A stretch of 64,000 nucleotides of DNA, taken from Pseudovirgaria hyperparasitica. Lineage: Eukaryota. The notes under the pieces were generated by a model that worked only from the letters and a program-made list of their open reading frames with translations, searched no databases and had not been told where the DNA came from. Positions 37,347 to 51,326 of this stretch are shown piece after piece. The DNA lies in assembly GCA_010093815.1 (NCBI GenBank), contig ML996572.1; one strand, given 5' to 3'. Within the stretch, counting starts at the first letter, position 1. Each line of letters starts with the position of its first letter. The position numbers and the translations under genes are program-made.

Positions 37347-40215
37347 TGGAAATCGGAGTATTCGAGGATGATGCCTTGGCCACCTTCCAACGATTTTGAA
37401 GGACTTTCTTCATTTTTAACAGAAGTTGATACGAAAATGCTCAGGCAAGACCAAGATGGAAATGTTCAATCACACTGCTCTCATGCCTACGTCAGCGATA
37501 GCAACAGATGCACATCGGTATCTTTCCGATGTTCACCAGTGTGTTCGTCCGATCGAGTATCGTCGAAGTGCATTTCATGCACCACAAGTGCGCACCCGTA
37601 GAGGCCGCGGAGGGCATGGATGGGGAGGCTGCTGTCACAGTACCAGGCTCCCCACCACCCAGTATCTTGAGGCTGCTACCGCAATACAACGTCCGCGGAA
37701 GTGGTTATTTCAATGCGCACTAATCTCAAGCCCCGCTTGAGTACGTCTTGCGATACCCCGAACATCGAAAGTCGAGTGGCCACTCTCCCATCCGCGTAAC
37801 CCCCACGAACTCAAACTCGTGACGGATAAGCCTTTCGGATGACGATACGCTGCATTGGCGGGAGTTCAGTGCTGTATGCGTTGCAGAGCTTGTAGTATGC
37901 TAAGCGATCGTCAACCACTAGACATCGTATGTTCACAGTTGGGCATGGGTTTCTGCAAGGCAAGTGACTGGGGATACCGATCGCCGATATATATCCGTGT
38001 GCAGGCCGCATATTTACTGCGTACACTGGCGATTTCGATTGTGTTGATGGCTGCGCGTAGACGATCAGACAACTCATCGAACTTAGCTTCATTATGATGC
38101 AGTCCATTACCAGGGCTTGACGACTATCAGCGACGCTTTCAAGCATTCGGTCGTTTCAAAGCAACTGAGACAGATATCATGTGTTCAAGTAGGCATTGAC
38201 ACGCTACACAACCCCTTGGGCTCATATATATTTTTTTTTTGCAATGCTTGATACGAAGTTCCATCGTACCGGACAAAGTCATGGACATTTGACAAGACAG
38301 ATCAGCCATTTGATATGTGGTAACCGAGCATGACGTACTAGTCGAGTTGAAGATATTTCATGGAAGAGCAAATCTACTATAGGAGAAACACTGATAATCA
38401 CAGTTAGTGGTCACAACCTGTTGGACACCCTCATACACCTACCATTCCATATACTGATACACAACCCTATCCTAAATCACGACCACCCCTTCGGATACCA
38501 AGATTAAAGACACCCAGTCCGTCCAAGAGGTTGCAGCTGTCAAAAATTGGTGGTATGAGCCAAGTTGGAAGGGTAAAGTTCGTCCGTTCAAGGCTAAAGA
38601 GATTCACTCAAAGAGAGGTGCGCACAATGCTGAGCACCAAGGTAATTTTATGAGCAAAAAGCTATGGGATATACTTGAATCCCGTTGGAGCATTACTAAC
38701 AATCCATGGTTCATGAGACTGCTGCACCCGCCCAGGATAGGCCAAAGATGTCAGCTATACCTTTGAATGTGTGGACCCTGTCCAGGTTACACAGATGGCA
38801 AAACATCCCGACACTGTATATTTTTCTGGATTACAATGATCTGCAAGAGCGAGCTCTACCAACAAGCCAGGTTCTGACCTAGCTGATTACCCCATGGTAG
38901 GTAACACTTTTTTCCATGCTTTTTGGAACGTGTGAGCTGACAATGCAAATTCCCAATGAGGTACACCATTTTTTCATGGCACAAATGTTCCATGATCGCA
39001 GGCGAAGGGAAGATTGTCTTACAGTTTCAGTCATGGAGCGTGAGAAAACCCCACAGACCGGCTTCCTCCAGCTAATCTTTGCAGATAGTAATACCGCCCA
39101 CGGAGGCTTAATTGCTGTGCGGAGGCCCAAAGTCTCGGTATTCCTTTACTAAGCTGTTAAAGATGAGTCTTTTAATTCATGCCCAGAAACAGAGCTTCCT
39201 ATCGTCGCCAGGATTGACTCTGAAGCTGCTACATTGATTATGTCCGCTATCCATCAACATCATCACGGCTTCATCATAGGATGAAAGATCCAGGACTCTC
39301 TCCACTGGTCGATGCTGCCCACGACGCAATCGCAGACAAGACTGAAGATACTACCAACGATGAGTTCAAGTAGCTTAAGAACGCCAACGTCATGATATGA
39401 CTAGACCAGAATAGTGCTCCTAGCGACATATTCAGTATTGATCTATGACCTGACACATTCGGAAATAAGTATCTCAGATGAGCTATATGTATAACCATTT
39501 GGCTGTGACAAGTGGCGGTTACCTGGGCCATAAATGTGATCGTCTTGCTTGCTAAATAAAGCATTTAAAATGCCCTCAGATTGAAATTACTGGCAAGAGC
39601 ATCAGACTAGTCGTGTTTAAGTCGTTCATAGTTTGCTTGCAGAGTCTAATCTCTGCTTCCCCTGGACGAATTTCTCAACAGTATAGGACATAGCACGACC
39701 TAAGCACGGCTTATCATCATGCTCCTATTCGTCGAGAAATATGTCTGTTTGGGCTCGCCCAAGGTCTGGCTGATACTTGTTGCATTGAGAAGTGACCTGC
39801 TTTCAAGGAATTTATCTGCCTCCAAGTTGTGTGTTATATTGAGGCGAACGAAACATAAAGATAATATGTCATATATGGTAAATCGTAGACTCATGTAACT
39901 ATCAAAAAGATCTGGACAGGCCAGTATGTACAAGACGACATGCAGACCATGCAAACTGACTCCAACCCACCCTTCATGTGCACCGCACAAGACCATATAT
40001 ACTCCGTCCAAACACACCAAGCCACCAACGAGAAGTATGTCCAAGAAACGAACGGAGAAGTGCAAACTAAGGAAATACAAAGAAAAAATAACTCATAACG
40101 CCTTGCTCGCATTGTTGCGTTCCCGCTACGCCCGCTAAGTTCTGTCACTCAAATTCTCAACCGCTGATGTTGTAGGTGCACGCACACTAAGATGTCAGAC
40201 TAGGTCAAGGAACGC

Positions 40216-41660
<1,445 letters not shown>

Positions 41661-44600
41661 ATTTAGAACTCCCTGTTTGAGAAATCTTCGTTCGCAGGAT
41701 ACTTTGGCAGGTAGGTCTCTGTAAAGCACTTCAAGATACAGATGGCAATATGTGAGATCTTATACTTTGGAGAGCCATGTGGGCAACATCAGTCCGACTT
41801 AGACGGACATTTGACAACGAGCCAACGTTGAAACATCATACTACGTGCAACGCTCAGATGGCTGGAGAGTGTCAGGGCAGAATAGATCAGAGGCAACCTT
41901 AGGTCAACCGTGCAAAGCTTTCAGGTGATGGTCGTGTCAATCTACAAGTCCACTTATCGAGACGGACGCCAATGAACACGTCCGACGTCGCATGAGGTCA
42001 CATTTGGACGCGTAGCGTGATAAACCGATGTACACCTGTTATGTGGCTGGTGATACGGTGGAGAAAGCCTGGAGATACTACGGACCGTTGTGGATACAAG
42101 CACTCAGGTTGTTCGTAGCCAGCGTGCAGTTACGGAACGGGAGGATGCGGAAGTTAGAGATAGCGAACCACCCAAGAGAGGACATCATCGCATATAGCGA
42201 ATGAGCAAAATCTGATAGGACTGTTCAGGCGACAGAGGAGAAGTAGATGCAGCTCCAGCATACGGGACTGAAAGATGAATATCTCCGACCAGCACACAAC
42301 TCGAAAATGTCCGGCTCGATCGTACCAACCATTGCACATCACGGGTACGGAGCATTGCGTCCGCACGACTCCAACAACTTAGATCGAGAGCTCGTGGTGT
42401 TGGAAATATCTTGGTGGGTAGTTGATAGCTGAAGCTTGTATGCACCATTTTGCCTTCTAGATTAAGGAAGGGTCATCAGGCATGCAAGGGCGGGTGGTCG
42501 TAGGCCAGGGCGATTGACAGGGGAGCAGTGTTGATACTAAGTCAGGTGTGGAACATTGATGGAAAGTGGGATGGCTGTGGACGATCATGTCTGATGGAGA
42601 ACCAGTTGATTGAGGGATAAATGATCGTCAACGGGAGATTATCCTAGAGCCGGTGCGAAGTGCGAGTGTGGCGCATGAAAGGACGGAGTGACACCGTAAA
42701 AGGAAGAATGAGAGCAAGTAGGAGAAGGCAGATGTTTGAATAGGGTTGTAGAATGCTGTATAGAAGATGTAGCAAGTCGCTTTAGTATGAATGCACGCGT
42801 GAGGTACTACCCAAGACGGACATGCATGCATGAGGGACCCTGTCTTATGCGTCCCACTGTGCCAACGGAACGGGAGAGTTGGAAAGCGTCGGTTAACTGT
42901 AGGGCAGTTGAGAGTCATGACTAGGTGCAAAAGGGGCTAATGCAACGTGCAGAGTGTGTATAGTTCCAGTGTGTTTAGCGGAAGAGCGCACACGGGCTGC
43001 AGTTTAAGCCTTAGTGCCTTAACCCCAAGAGGAGAGTCATCAAGTCACATGACCCTGGGTGCTAATTTGACCCTCTGATTGGCTACACTAAAACAGAAGG
43101 CTGAACAGGTGCACAGGTGAGACGGTCTCACGCTTCTATTCACTCCAAAACTGCTGCTCGCGCACCATGCACTTGCCCCACAACAAACCATGCACGAGTA
43201 CACAAGCCACGCGCCGACAAGGTCACCCCATGATCGTTGAATCTCGTATCGTCTCGGCAGAGCTGCTTCCTGGACCTCACAACAACGAGACTGCCATAGC
43301 GTTCAGCAAGCAGAGCTTCTCCAGCCACAAAGCCGGAAATTTGGGAGCTTGTAATCGTCCGCAAGAAGGCAGAACATAATATAATGTCCCTCAGATCAGA
43401 AGTTGCTCCAAGCACGAGTATGGCCAAGCCAAGCAACAAAGAAAAGCCATTATAAGGCAGGTCTTCGAAGTCTACCATTCAACGCCTCTGCCCATGCCAC
43501 TTCATGAGCCCGCAGACGAGCTGACTGAGCATCGACTCTACTACCCTACGAGCCGTTGGTCTCGCTATTGGTCACGTTTCATATTGTCTATCCGAGGACA
43601 CGTCGCTTGATACAAAGTGCGCGAAACTTGTCCTTCTGTCTGTTGTTTGGACCCTTGGGACTTGTTACCCATAGCGAAATAATATATGGAGCATGCCACA
43701 CGACACGGCATCTTCATCTATGGTTGGTACACGGAGACAAGGCTCCGATGCGTTGACTTGCATCCCAGGAAGAACAAGCATCACATCCTTACACCTACAT
43801 GCAAGATTCGACCATCTTTGGTGAAAGATAACAGGGTTACGTCCCTTACAGTGCCTAGAGTTCTTGTGATCGCTACCCCGTTACTACCGATGCATCGAGA
43901 GTTCTCTCCTTCTCAAGTTACGTTGGAGACCAATCATACCACGCAACGCCATATCATCCATATCTTAACCCACGTCACCCAATCAGCTTTTTACATCGCC
44001 ATGACGAACCACATTTTCTCATGCGACCTACTGCAAGCCACATTCGCGTAATGTCAACGGGATCAGTACCATGCAGACACTTATCGCAAGCGTGAAAGTC
44101 CACTGTCATATTCTGCGCGACTGAGTCGCTAACTGTCCATCACTTTCCACATTCAGCAACAAAGCCTGTCGATCATACCATACCATACATGGTCATATAT
44201 CCTCCATCACGAGATAAACCAAGAGAAGTCACATCTGGACTGCATGTACGCCTCTAAGTGCTCTCTTAGACCCCATGTTCCTCGACTGCTGCCACCTGCC
44301 ACTACCTGGGAGTACTATGGGCTACGACTCTATCTCTTCTAATTCCCAGACGGGAATGTAGTACAACTGTTGTGCTTTCAGAACGTGGTGGTATAATGGT
44401 CGTTCTCGATGATTTCCTCCCTAATGGACATTGAAAAGAACAAGCCATTGTGATCCTGCAAGATCCTCGAGCGACTACAACTAACGCACGTGAAAGCTGA
44501 ACGCCGAGAGCCTTTTTGTCAGTTGCGTACGACGGACTCATATCCTGATACCTTCGGACAGTAATCTGCTTCTACAGGTCTGCTATGAGCTTAGGGTCAG

Positions 44601-46144
44601 GTCGTTAGCCTCTATGGAAGTGTTGACGATATATCGCACCGACGCTCGGCTTAGGAAGTTTGCTAAACAGTATAGGTAATACAATACGACATATCATGGC
44701 TTCACACTAATGTATACAGCATCAAGAGGATGGGTCGGTTTTAGCTGGGTTAGTTTACACCTCCAAGCATGTTTTGAAGCCTTATGCGAGTACAGCTGCA
44801 ACACTGTCATAGCTGACTGCACGCTGTATCGCCGTGTATATTGGTCCTCGAGGGTTGAACTTGACTCTCCCAGCCTTCTATATCGCACGATTGCTATATA
44901 TCAGTATGTAAATTCCCGGGATGTACGCCGAGCTTTCTCGGTGTAGCCGGAACATTTCTCGTCGGAGCTTTCGCGACATCACACAGACACATCATTCGTC
45001 CGAGCCAAGTCAGAGGTATATGATGCAGAGGGGAGGCTGGTTCCCAGCAATGCCCAACACTTGTGAATGTCGACATCGTATGATGTGTCAAGTCTGCAGA
45101 TGTGCGATGGTGTCCTCAGCGAGCATAACCGTCAAGTTCTACCTCACGTGTGGTCATTTCGGCGCGCTGGAGCAAGATGTTAGACATCGTGAAGTGAAAT
45201 GATACATCTATGAGTGCAGCCGCACAACTGTTGAGAGCATGCGATTCTTGAGCTCCTAAAGTTTTGACAGCATGAATAACCACATGATCGCTATTTTACA
45301 CTTTTTATGGTTGAACAGTTGTATAGCGTCATATCAGCTGTGAGGTACTTGCATAATACTTGCAGCTGAAGGACATTCGTAATGATCAGTATGAATCGTT
45401 GGCTCGTACGCGGTAAACTTTAGCGCGACATACTGTGTCATTGTTTAAGAGAGCGATGAGTTTCTCGGATGGTGAACCACTTCCGGGGATCTTGTTCGAT
45501 GCTGACATTTTTTCGGTTCAGTTGCTCAACTTCGATCGTATCGGAGCCCAGGTACCTAGGATATAGCTTGTGCTGTTCGGTGTCTGCGATGGTGGTTTAA
45601 CTGCAGTATCCTCGAACACAGGTGCTTTTATATCTATATTAAGTGACAGTTGATATCCTGAACAGTGTAGTGTGGTCGTGGACAATGCGACCCAAAGGAA
45701 CGAGGCAAACAGGCGCTGAGCAAGTTTTGTTTAGCATATGTGTGCAATACTTGTATCAAAGCAGATACCCTGTTGTATCATAGAAAGAGAGTAAGAAAAA
45801 GACTCTCCACCCAGGATCAGAGGCTGCACTGATTTAGTTCACTCTTAGCCTACTGCATTGCTACGCGGCCCCGAAAGTGACCAGAGTGACTCGAGATAGG
45901 GTTGATAGATAGAAAGCAGTGCGTGGAGGTCTTTTCCCCAGGATCATCTGGCTTCCACATCTCGATCACTGATTTTGGGAGCTCTCTGCGTCTTTGTTTC
46001 CTTCTTGCCTCGAACTCATATCATATTCAGCGTGTCTTGTGATTTGAATCTTTCTATCAGCTTCCCCCGCTTAGAATACTGCCAGCGGCTAGTTCTAGAA
46101 GTCTGTAAACGTGACGATCAGCATTCCGCCTCTCAGTAACTCGC

Positions 46145-49100
46145 TCAAGCAACTTTGCTGCCTTTCGATTTGTACCGATAAGAGAAATCAAGCTCCCCCA
46201 CCAGTCCACGCACGAGACTATGATGGTCAGTCAGCGCACATGCCCGCTCATTGGGATATAGCTTACTTGGTCAGAGTATGTAGGTCAGCAATGATACTTC
46301 GACTCGCGATCTGCATAACTGCAAACCCAGAATACCCCGGCTCAGCAACATGCCTTACGGCCATGATATGCGGATCCAGCTCTTGTAGATGTCTCAAGAG
46401 ATCGTACTCTTTTGGTAAAGGTGGGTGAGGCGGTAGAGGTTGCGCGTTTATCATACTCGACGATAGCAGATACAACGTAGATGTCACGCTATGCGAAGGA
46501 ATCTGGAGATGGGGATCCGCGAGGAGATGTCTAAAGCTATCGAACCACTTCGTATGCGTAGCACTGTTCGGATGAGTGAGTGAAAATGAGCCTGAGGCGT
46601 GTCCCATCAATGCCGAATACATAACGATACGATCAATTGTGGCGATGATCTTGTCGTAAGTCTCTTTGGGAAAGTATCCGTCTATAGGAAGTTGCCACCG
46701 AGTCATTTCACTCTCTCCGCGCATGCGCTCGATGAGGACCAGAATTTTCGCGAGTATGCGCATACGTTCTTTTTGAAGTCTTCGACCTGGACTGGCTTTG
46801 GAACCCATGTCACCGTCATCGCCGCGAGCGCGAGCGTTGATAGTCTCCTGAATGATTGCGTAGTGGTGAGCGGCAAACAGCAATGTAGTACCAACGTCCT
46901 TGCGAAGCTCCGATCTTTCCGTCACTGGGAAAGGAAAGATGGTGAAGATGTATGCTACCAACAATCCTGCAGAGACTGTGGCAAGTCGGATTGGAACCAG
47001 TAAATATAGGGGGTGGTAATCCTGGCCATTTGACGTAGCTACCTCGAGACCAAGCTCGATTACTTGCAGCTCGTAACCTACACAGATGACCGTGGTCACC
47101 GCTGCGATCAAACCAACAAGTAAGTACTTCGATTTGACAACGACTATCCAGCCAAAACCAAGCATAGCAATGAATAGGAAGACGAGAGTACCAGCACTTT
47201 CGCCTGCCACGATGTAATATACGATATACGACGCGACCGCAGCCAGTAATGTTCCGGAGAATCTGAGAAAGTATATCCATGTGGCGAGACCGGCGGTGCG
47301 CGTCATAGAGACAGTGCATATCTAAGAAACTCGTTAGCCAGTATGCAGAGTCAGAGGTCCCAACTCACGATTGCTGCCCAGAACAGCCGCTGTCGCACGA
47401 AAAAGTTCTGTGTTTCTTCAAGAAAAGCGGCAATTCCTATAGACATGATAGCGCATGCGATTCGAAAGCCGAAAACGGAGTGTTCGCTGCGTAACAGTGT
47501 TGGCACTCGTCGAAACGATGCTCCAAACCGCTGCCACGATGTTTTGGCCGGAAGACGCTCTGGATCTTTCCGTGGATTGAAAGCCTCGCCATACAAGACA
47601 TCGCTCACATCGGCCAAGCCATCGTCGTCGTTGGTAGGATCGGCGAATCTACCAACAGAGAATAACCACTTTCGTACCCGCTTCCAACTAGGGTATATTA
47701 TATGTTTCTGCAGCCTCTTTCCGTCACAATGCCGGACAAGTGCTACAAAAGCGTTGCTTGATGACCAGAAAAGATGTTCGATCTACAGCCATATTAGTAG
47801 ACTGCACTTTTGAGGTGAGTAAGACTGACATGTAACAGCACGAAAAGCTGGCGTTGACGATGAACAGTAGCAGCATCAAGGTCATGCATAGGCCATTCCC
47901 ATTCTGTTTCGAAGGAATCTGCTGGTATCGGAATTTCGTGCATTTCGCAGAACTGATGAAGACATTGACGACGAGTGGCACGGAACAGGCTGACACGCTC
48001 CTCGAAATGGGCAGCGAAGCCATCATGACCTGGCGAAGAGTTATCCTCTGCCCGTTCTGCATCACCAAGCCTTGACCTTCTATTGAAATGATGCTTGTTT
48101 AATTCGAGACGAATGAGGATATGTTGTACTGCCTCGATCATGATAGAAGAGATATTCTGTACAGGGTCCCGTATACTCTGCATAATGAAGCGGTACTCCT
48201 CTTCAACTCTTTCTCGATCAAGATGAGGTGCATCTGGAAATATATTGTGGTCCGCATCTGAGCTTGCATTATGCCATCCGCGAAGAAGGAGATCGCATAC
48301 GGGACTCTAGAGCCTGATGAATTCGTCGAAATTCAACGACTGGGCCGGGAGGTTATCATCCCCCTCGTTGGTGTCACATCTGTCGTGGACATATTCGATC
48401 GTCTTGCGCAAAGTGCCGGAACGGATATCTACCTGTAGCTTTGTATTGATAGTGCGTAGAGCTCGCGTCTCTTTACGAAGCGTCTCGGCCTCCACGGTAT
48501 CGACAAATGGACTCTTCTCTTCGAGGCTTTGAAAGTATTCTCTTTGTGCTGTAACAACCTTTTCAATACCATGAAAATAAGCTCTCAAACCATTCAATAC
48601 AGGCGTACGACAATTCGTAGGATTGACCAAGAGTGATGTCGCAGTTCCGATCGCCATACCAGTCAAAAGCGTTTCCAGAAATCGTTCCACGAAACCGAAG
48701 GCAGAGCTGGTGCCGTTATCCAAAGACGAAAACCGGGCACCATATATCATACCGACGACTGCAAATATCGTCGCCATGACTCCTGCAAACTTATACTGTG
48801 GTCTAGCCGATTTGAGTGAATTAATGATGTAGACTTGGAAGAACAGCCAAACTGCACAGACCGCAGAAGCTGACGAGTTATACCCAGTCAGAGGCTCTCC
48901 AGGAGGTGTTGTGTGCTCCCGAGCCTTGAAAGCACTCCAGACGCCTAAAGTCGTACATGATGCGGTCAGACATACAGATAGAACATTCACAAGCATGCTC
49001 TCTAGGAAACTTGCCCGCGGTGCCAGAACATTGGAGAGAATCACTGCTACAGCGATGATGTATCCAGTAGTGCCATAATGCAGTGAGACTCTATTGTCCT

Positions 49101-49281
49101 GAAAGATGGCTACTGCAATGGTTGGGCCAAGAGCATATTTGACCATATTCAGGAAGACTGGAGCTGTGATGCCTGTCTTCTTCCATAGCTTCCTCATGCG
49201 TGATCGCCAAGTAGGTATCGATGTCTGAGCAGTTTTCCATTGCGTGAGCCCATCGGAGCTATTAGTCTTGCTCACGTTCAT
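46145..49281 (-). pseudogene. ArAE_2/FUSC-like (Bre4-type) multi-pass transporter, disrupted as assembled by an internal 144-bp inversion
   Basis: Exons 49281-47830, 47782-47369, 47321-46267 and 46217-46145. Motifs YNSSASAVCAVWLFF, RKDPERLP, SVFGFRIACA, QRLFWAAI, GYELQV, GYSGFAVMQ and LVGELDFS. The only lesion found is TAG 48307-48309, inside the inverted segment 48277-48420. Confidence 0.85.
48277..48420 (+). other. Intragenic micro-inversion bounded by the inverted 4-mer TCCG/CGGA
   Basis: The plus strand reads SAKKEIAYGTLEPDEFVEIQRLGREVIIPLVGVTSVVDIFDRLAQSAG (48 codons, no stop). This fits in frame between minus-strand ...KLQVDIR and WHNASSDAD... of the host gene. Confidence 0.9.
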
Positions 49282-49947
49282 AGCCGACGTTGTATTGTAT
49301 TCGAGTAAGTGATGAGACCGTGAAGGGATCGAGTTCCAAGAAGCTCATGGCGTCAGCTCATTCGACTCTAACAGGCCAGGCAACAAGCTTCTGTCTCGAT
49401 GATCTTCTGGAGCTTGATTGATAGAGCGTTCGAGGCAATTGAGCTTCGAGACGATTTTCGCTCTTTTCATCATGCACTTGACTCAAACGAGAATAGTTCG
49501 CCGTGACAACCAATCGGATGACATCACTCACGTAGGTCGCAGACCAACGACGTCGGACGAACAAACGGCATTCAACAATTTGAGTGACATCACCTTCTAG
49601 CGTTGTTAATGTCAGTTGAGTCGAAGTCTGCACTATTCGAAGTGTATGATGATGAACATGTATGACGATAGCTCATACAAGTTCTCCCTTACAACTTTGA
49701 CCGGTTTCCTCATACTTGGAATGCACAATGCCCTTCCTGGAGGGCGAAGGTGGTAGTGTATATAGATAAGCCGTGATACTGTACTAACTCGTGTTGAACG
49801 ACTGATGGGTTTATATTCTGCCTTTGCTGTTTGTCAACCATATTATACCTTACATAAAAATATATTACCTGTACATTTTAGAGGTACAGCTTTAGGTATA
49901 GCTTTACACGTTTTCGATGTTTATCCTTGCAGCCGACTCTCTGATAC

Positions 49948-50611
49948 CTAGACACTCGCGGGCTGCGCATCTTCTGGCTTCGCTTCATACGATATCCTAC
50001 CGGCCGGCAAGAAGAACAATGCAACAAGCGCCCCCTTCCGCACCGTTGGATAATGATGAGTCCCGGGCCCTGGACTCGTCCACCCAGCACCCTGCCATCC
50101 AGACATGCCCATCAGCTCAGCATTTGAATCTAACTGAATCACGCAATTGATCTCGCCATATGGATGGGCGTGGTATTGGCCGCTATACTCCTCCTGTGAG
50201 TCCATGTAAACGGTGGTGATGCTGAGGAACCGAGTGTCTGCAGTGGGGATCGAGATTTTGCCGCGGCGGTACTTGCGGCCGTCAAGTTCTGCGGATGTGA
50301 GCATCAGGGTAGGCTTCATAATCGGCTGTTTTGGCGGACCTGTCTCTGCTACCCATCCTTCGTTGAGGCCTTGCTTGATGTAACAACAGAAGTCGTCATA
50401 GTATGGATTGCCTGGACCATAGTCCTGGTTGAGTCGAGCTTCAAGATCTTTGCCAGGAGTCCTTGTGAACACGATGAGTCTACTAATGAAGTCAAAGATA
50501 ACGCCCTTACATGTTCTCAATCTCATTGAAGAATTCGCTGCATCGCTTGACAAGCTTCTGCGCAGTAGGGTATTTGTCAAGCTCAAGGACTTTGGCTGCA
50601 CCAGGCTGCAT
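49948..50611 (-). CDS. p-hydroxylaminobenzoate lyase-like cupin (DUF4863/PnbB-like), 3 exons
   Basis: ATG 50611 (MQPGAAKVLELDKYP). Introns 50510..50462 (AAG acceptor) and 50339..50289. Motifs LDGRKYRRGKI, GQYHAHPYGEINCV, GAGWTSPGPGTHHYP and ALFFLPAGRISY. Confidence 0.85.
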
Positions 50612-51326
50612 GGTAGACAGTTTCGCCTTGTCTGATCGATACTTCAATTGCAGTCTTTGTTGCTAGGTTGCTTTCGTATTTCAGCTAACATGGCGAGAAA
50701 CCCTAGCTCTTTTCCCCGCTTTGGTACCACACTAGTTGAAATACGAACATTTCGGGCAACTTCGGCCATTTATGCTATCTTGAATTTGAAGTAGATACCG
50801 TCGTAGACTTTGATTCTCGTACCACCTGTAAAGGGCTTTCTTGACTGGGACTCGTTCAACATGCGGAAGTATACGTCTCACTCGCGCCCGAGTCCTGAAT
50901 AGGGATATAGTGAGGGACGTAGTAAAGAGTCTGCATAAGAGCCTGCATGAAGGCGAGGTACTGATAATGCAACATGTTTGACCACGCTGAGTGACCATTA
51001 GAATAGCTCGAAGACATTTGTGATGCGTGGGAATGTCATTCGGGAACACAGACTCGGGACGTGAACAAACTTCGAGCATATTGATGTCGAGAGTAACAAG
51101 GTCAATTAGATGAACTACGATGCAATAAGGCTACAGTTTTGGTACCTATAAGGCTTTTAATTGATGACAACCGCTCCTAAAGAAAAACAAAGTTAAATAG
51201 AACTTCCGGACTTGATCCAAGCTGATCCGTTAGTCTCGTTAAAGTACAAGGGAATAGGTTGCAAATTAGTAGCAGCTGCCTGTAGTTACCTCGTGAAAAG
51301 TTTAAGCTTACACGATGTCAGTCAGA

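Noticed and set aside
42000..46100. Long region with many short ORFs
   Set aside because: No recognisable domains, splice-consistent model, tRNA or snoRNA structure, or terminal repeats; treated as the chitinase upstream region and intergenic DNA.
48307..48309. Stop-codon readthrough or a cryptic intron as the explanation for the in-frame TAG in the transporter
   Set aside because: The surrounding 48 codons are the reverse complement of the expected peptide, so inversion explains both the stop and the aberrant sequence.
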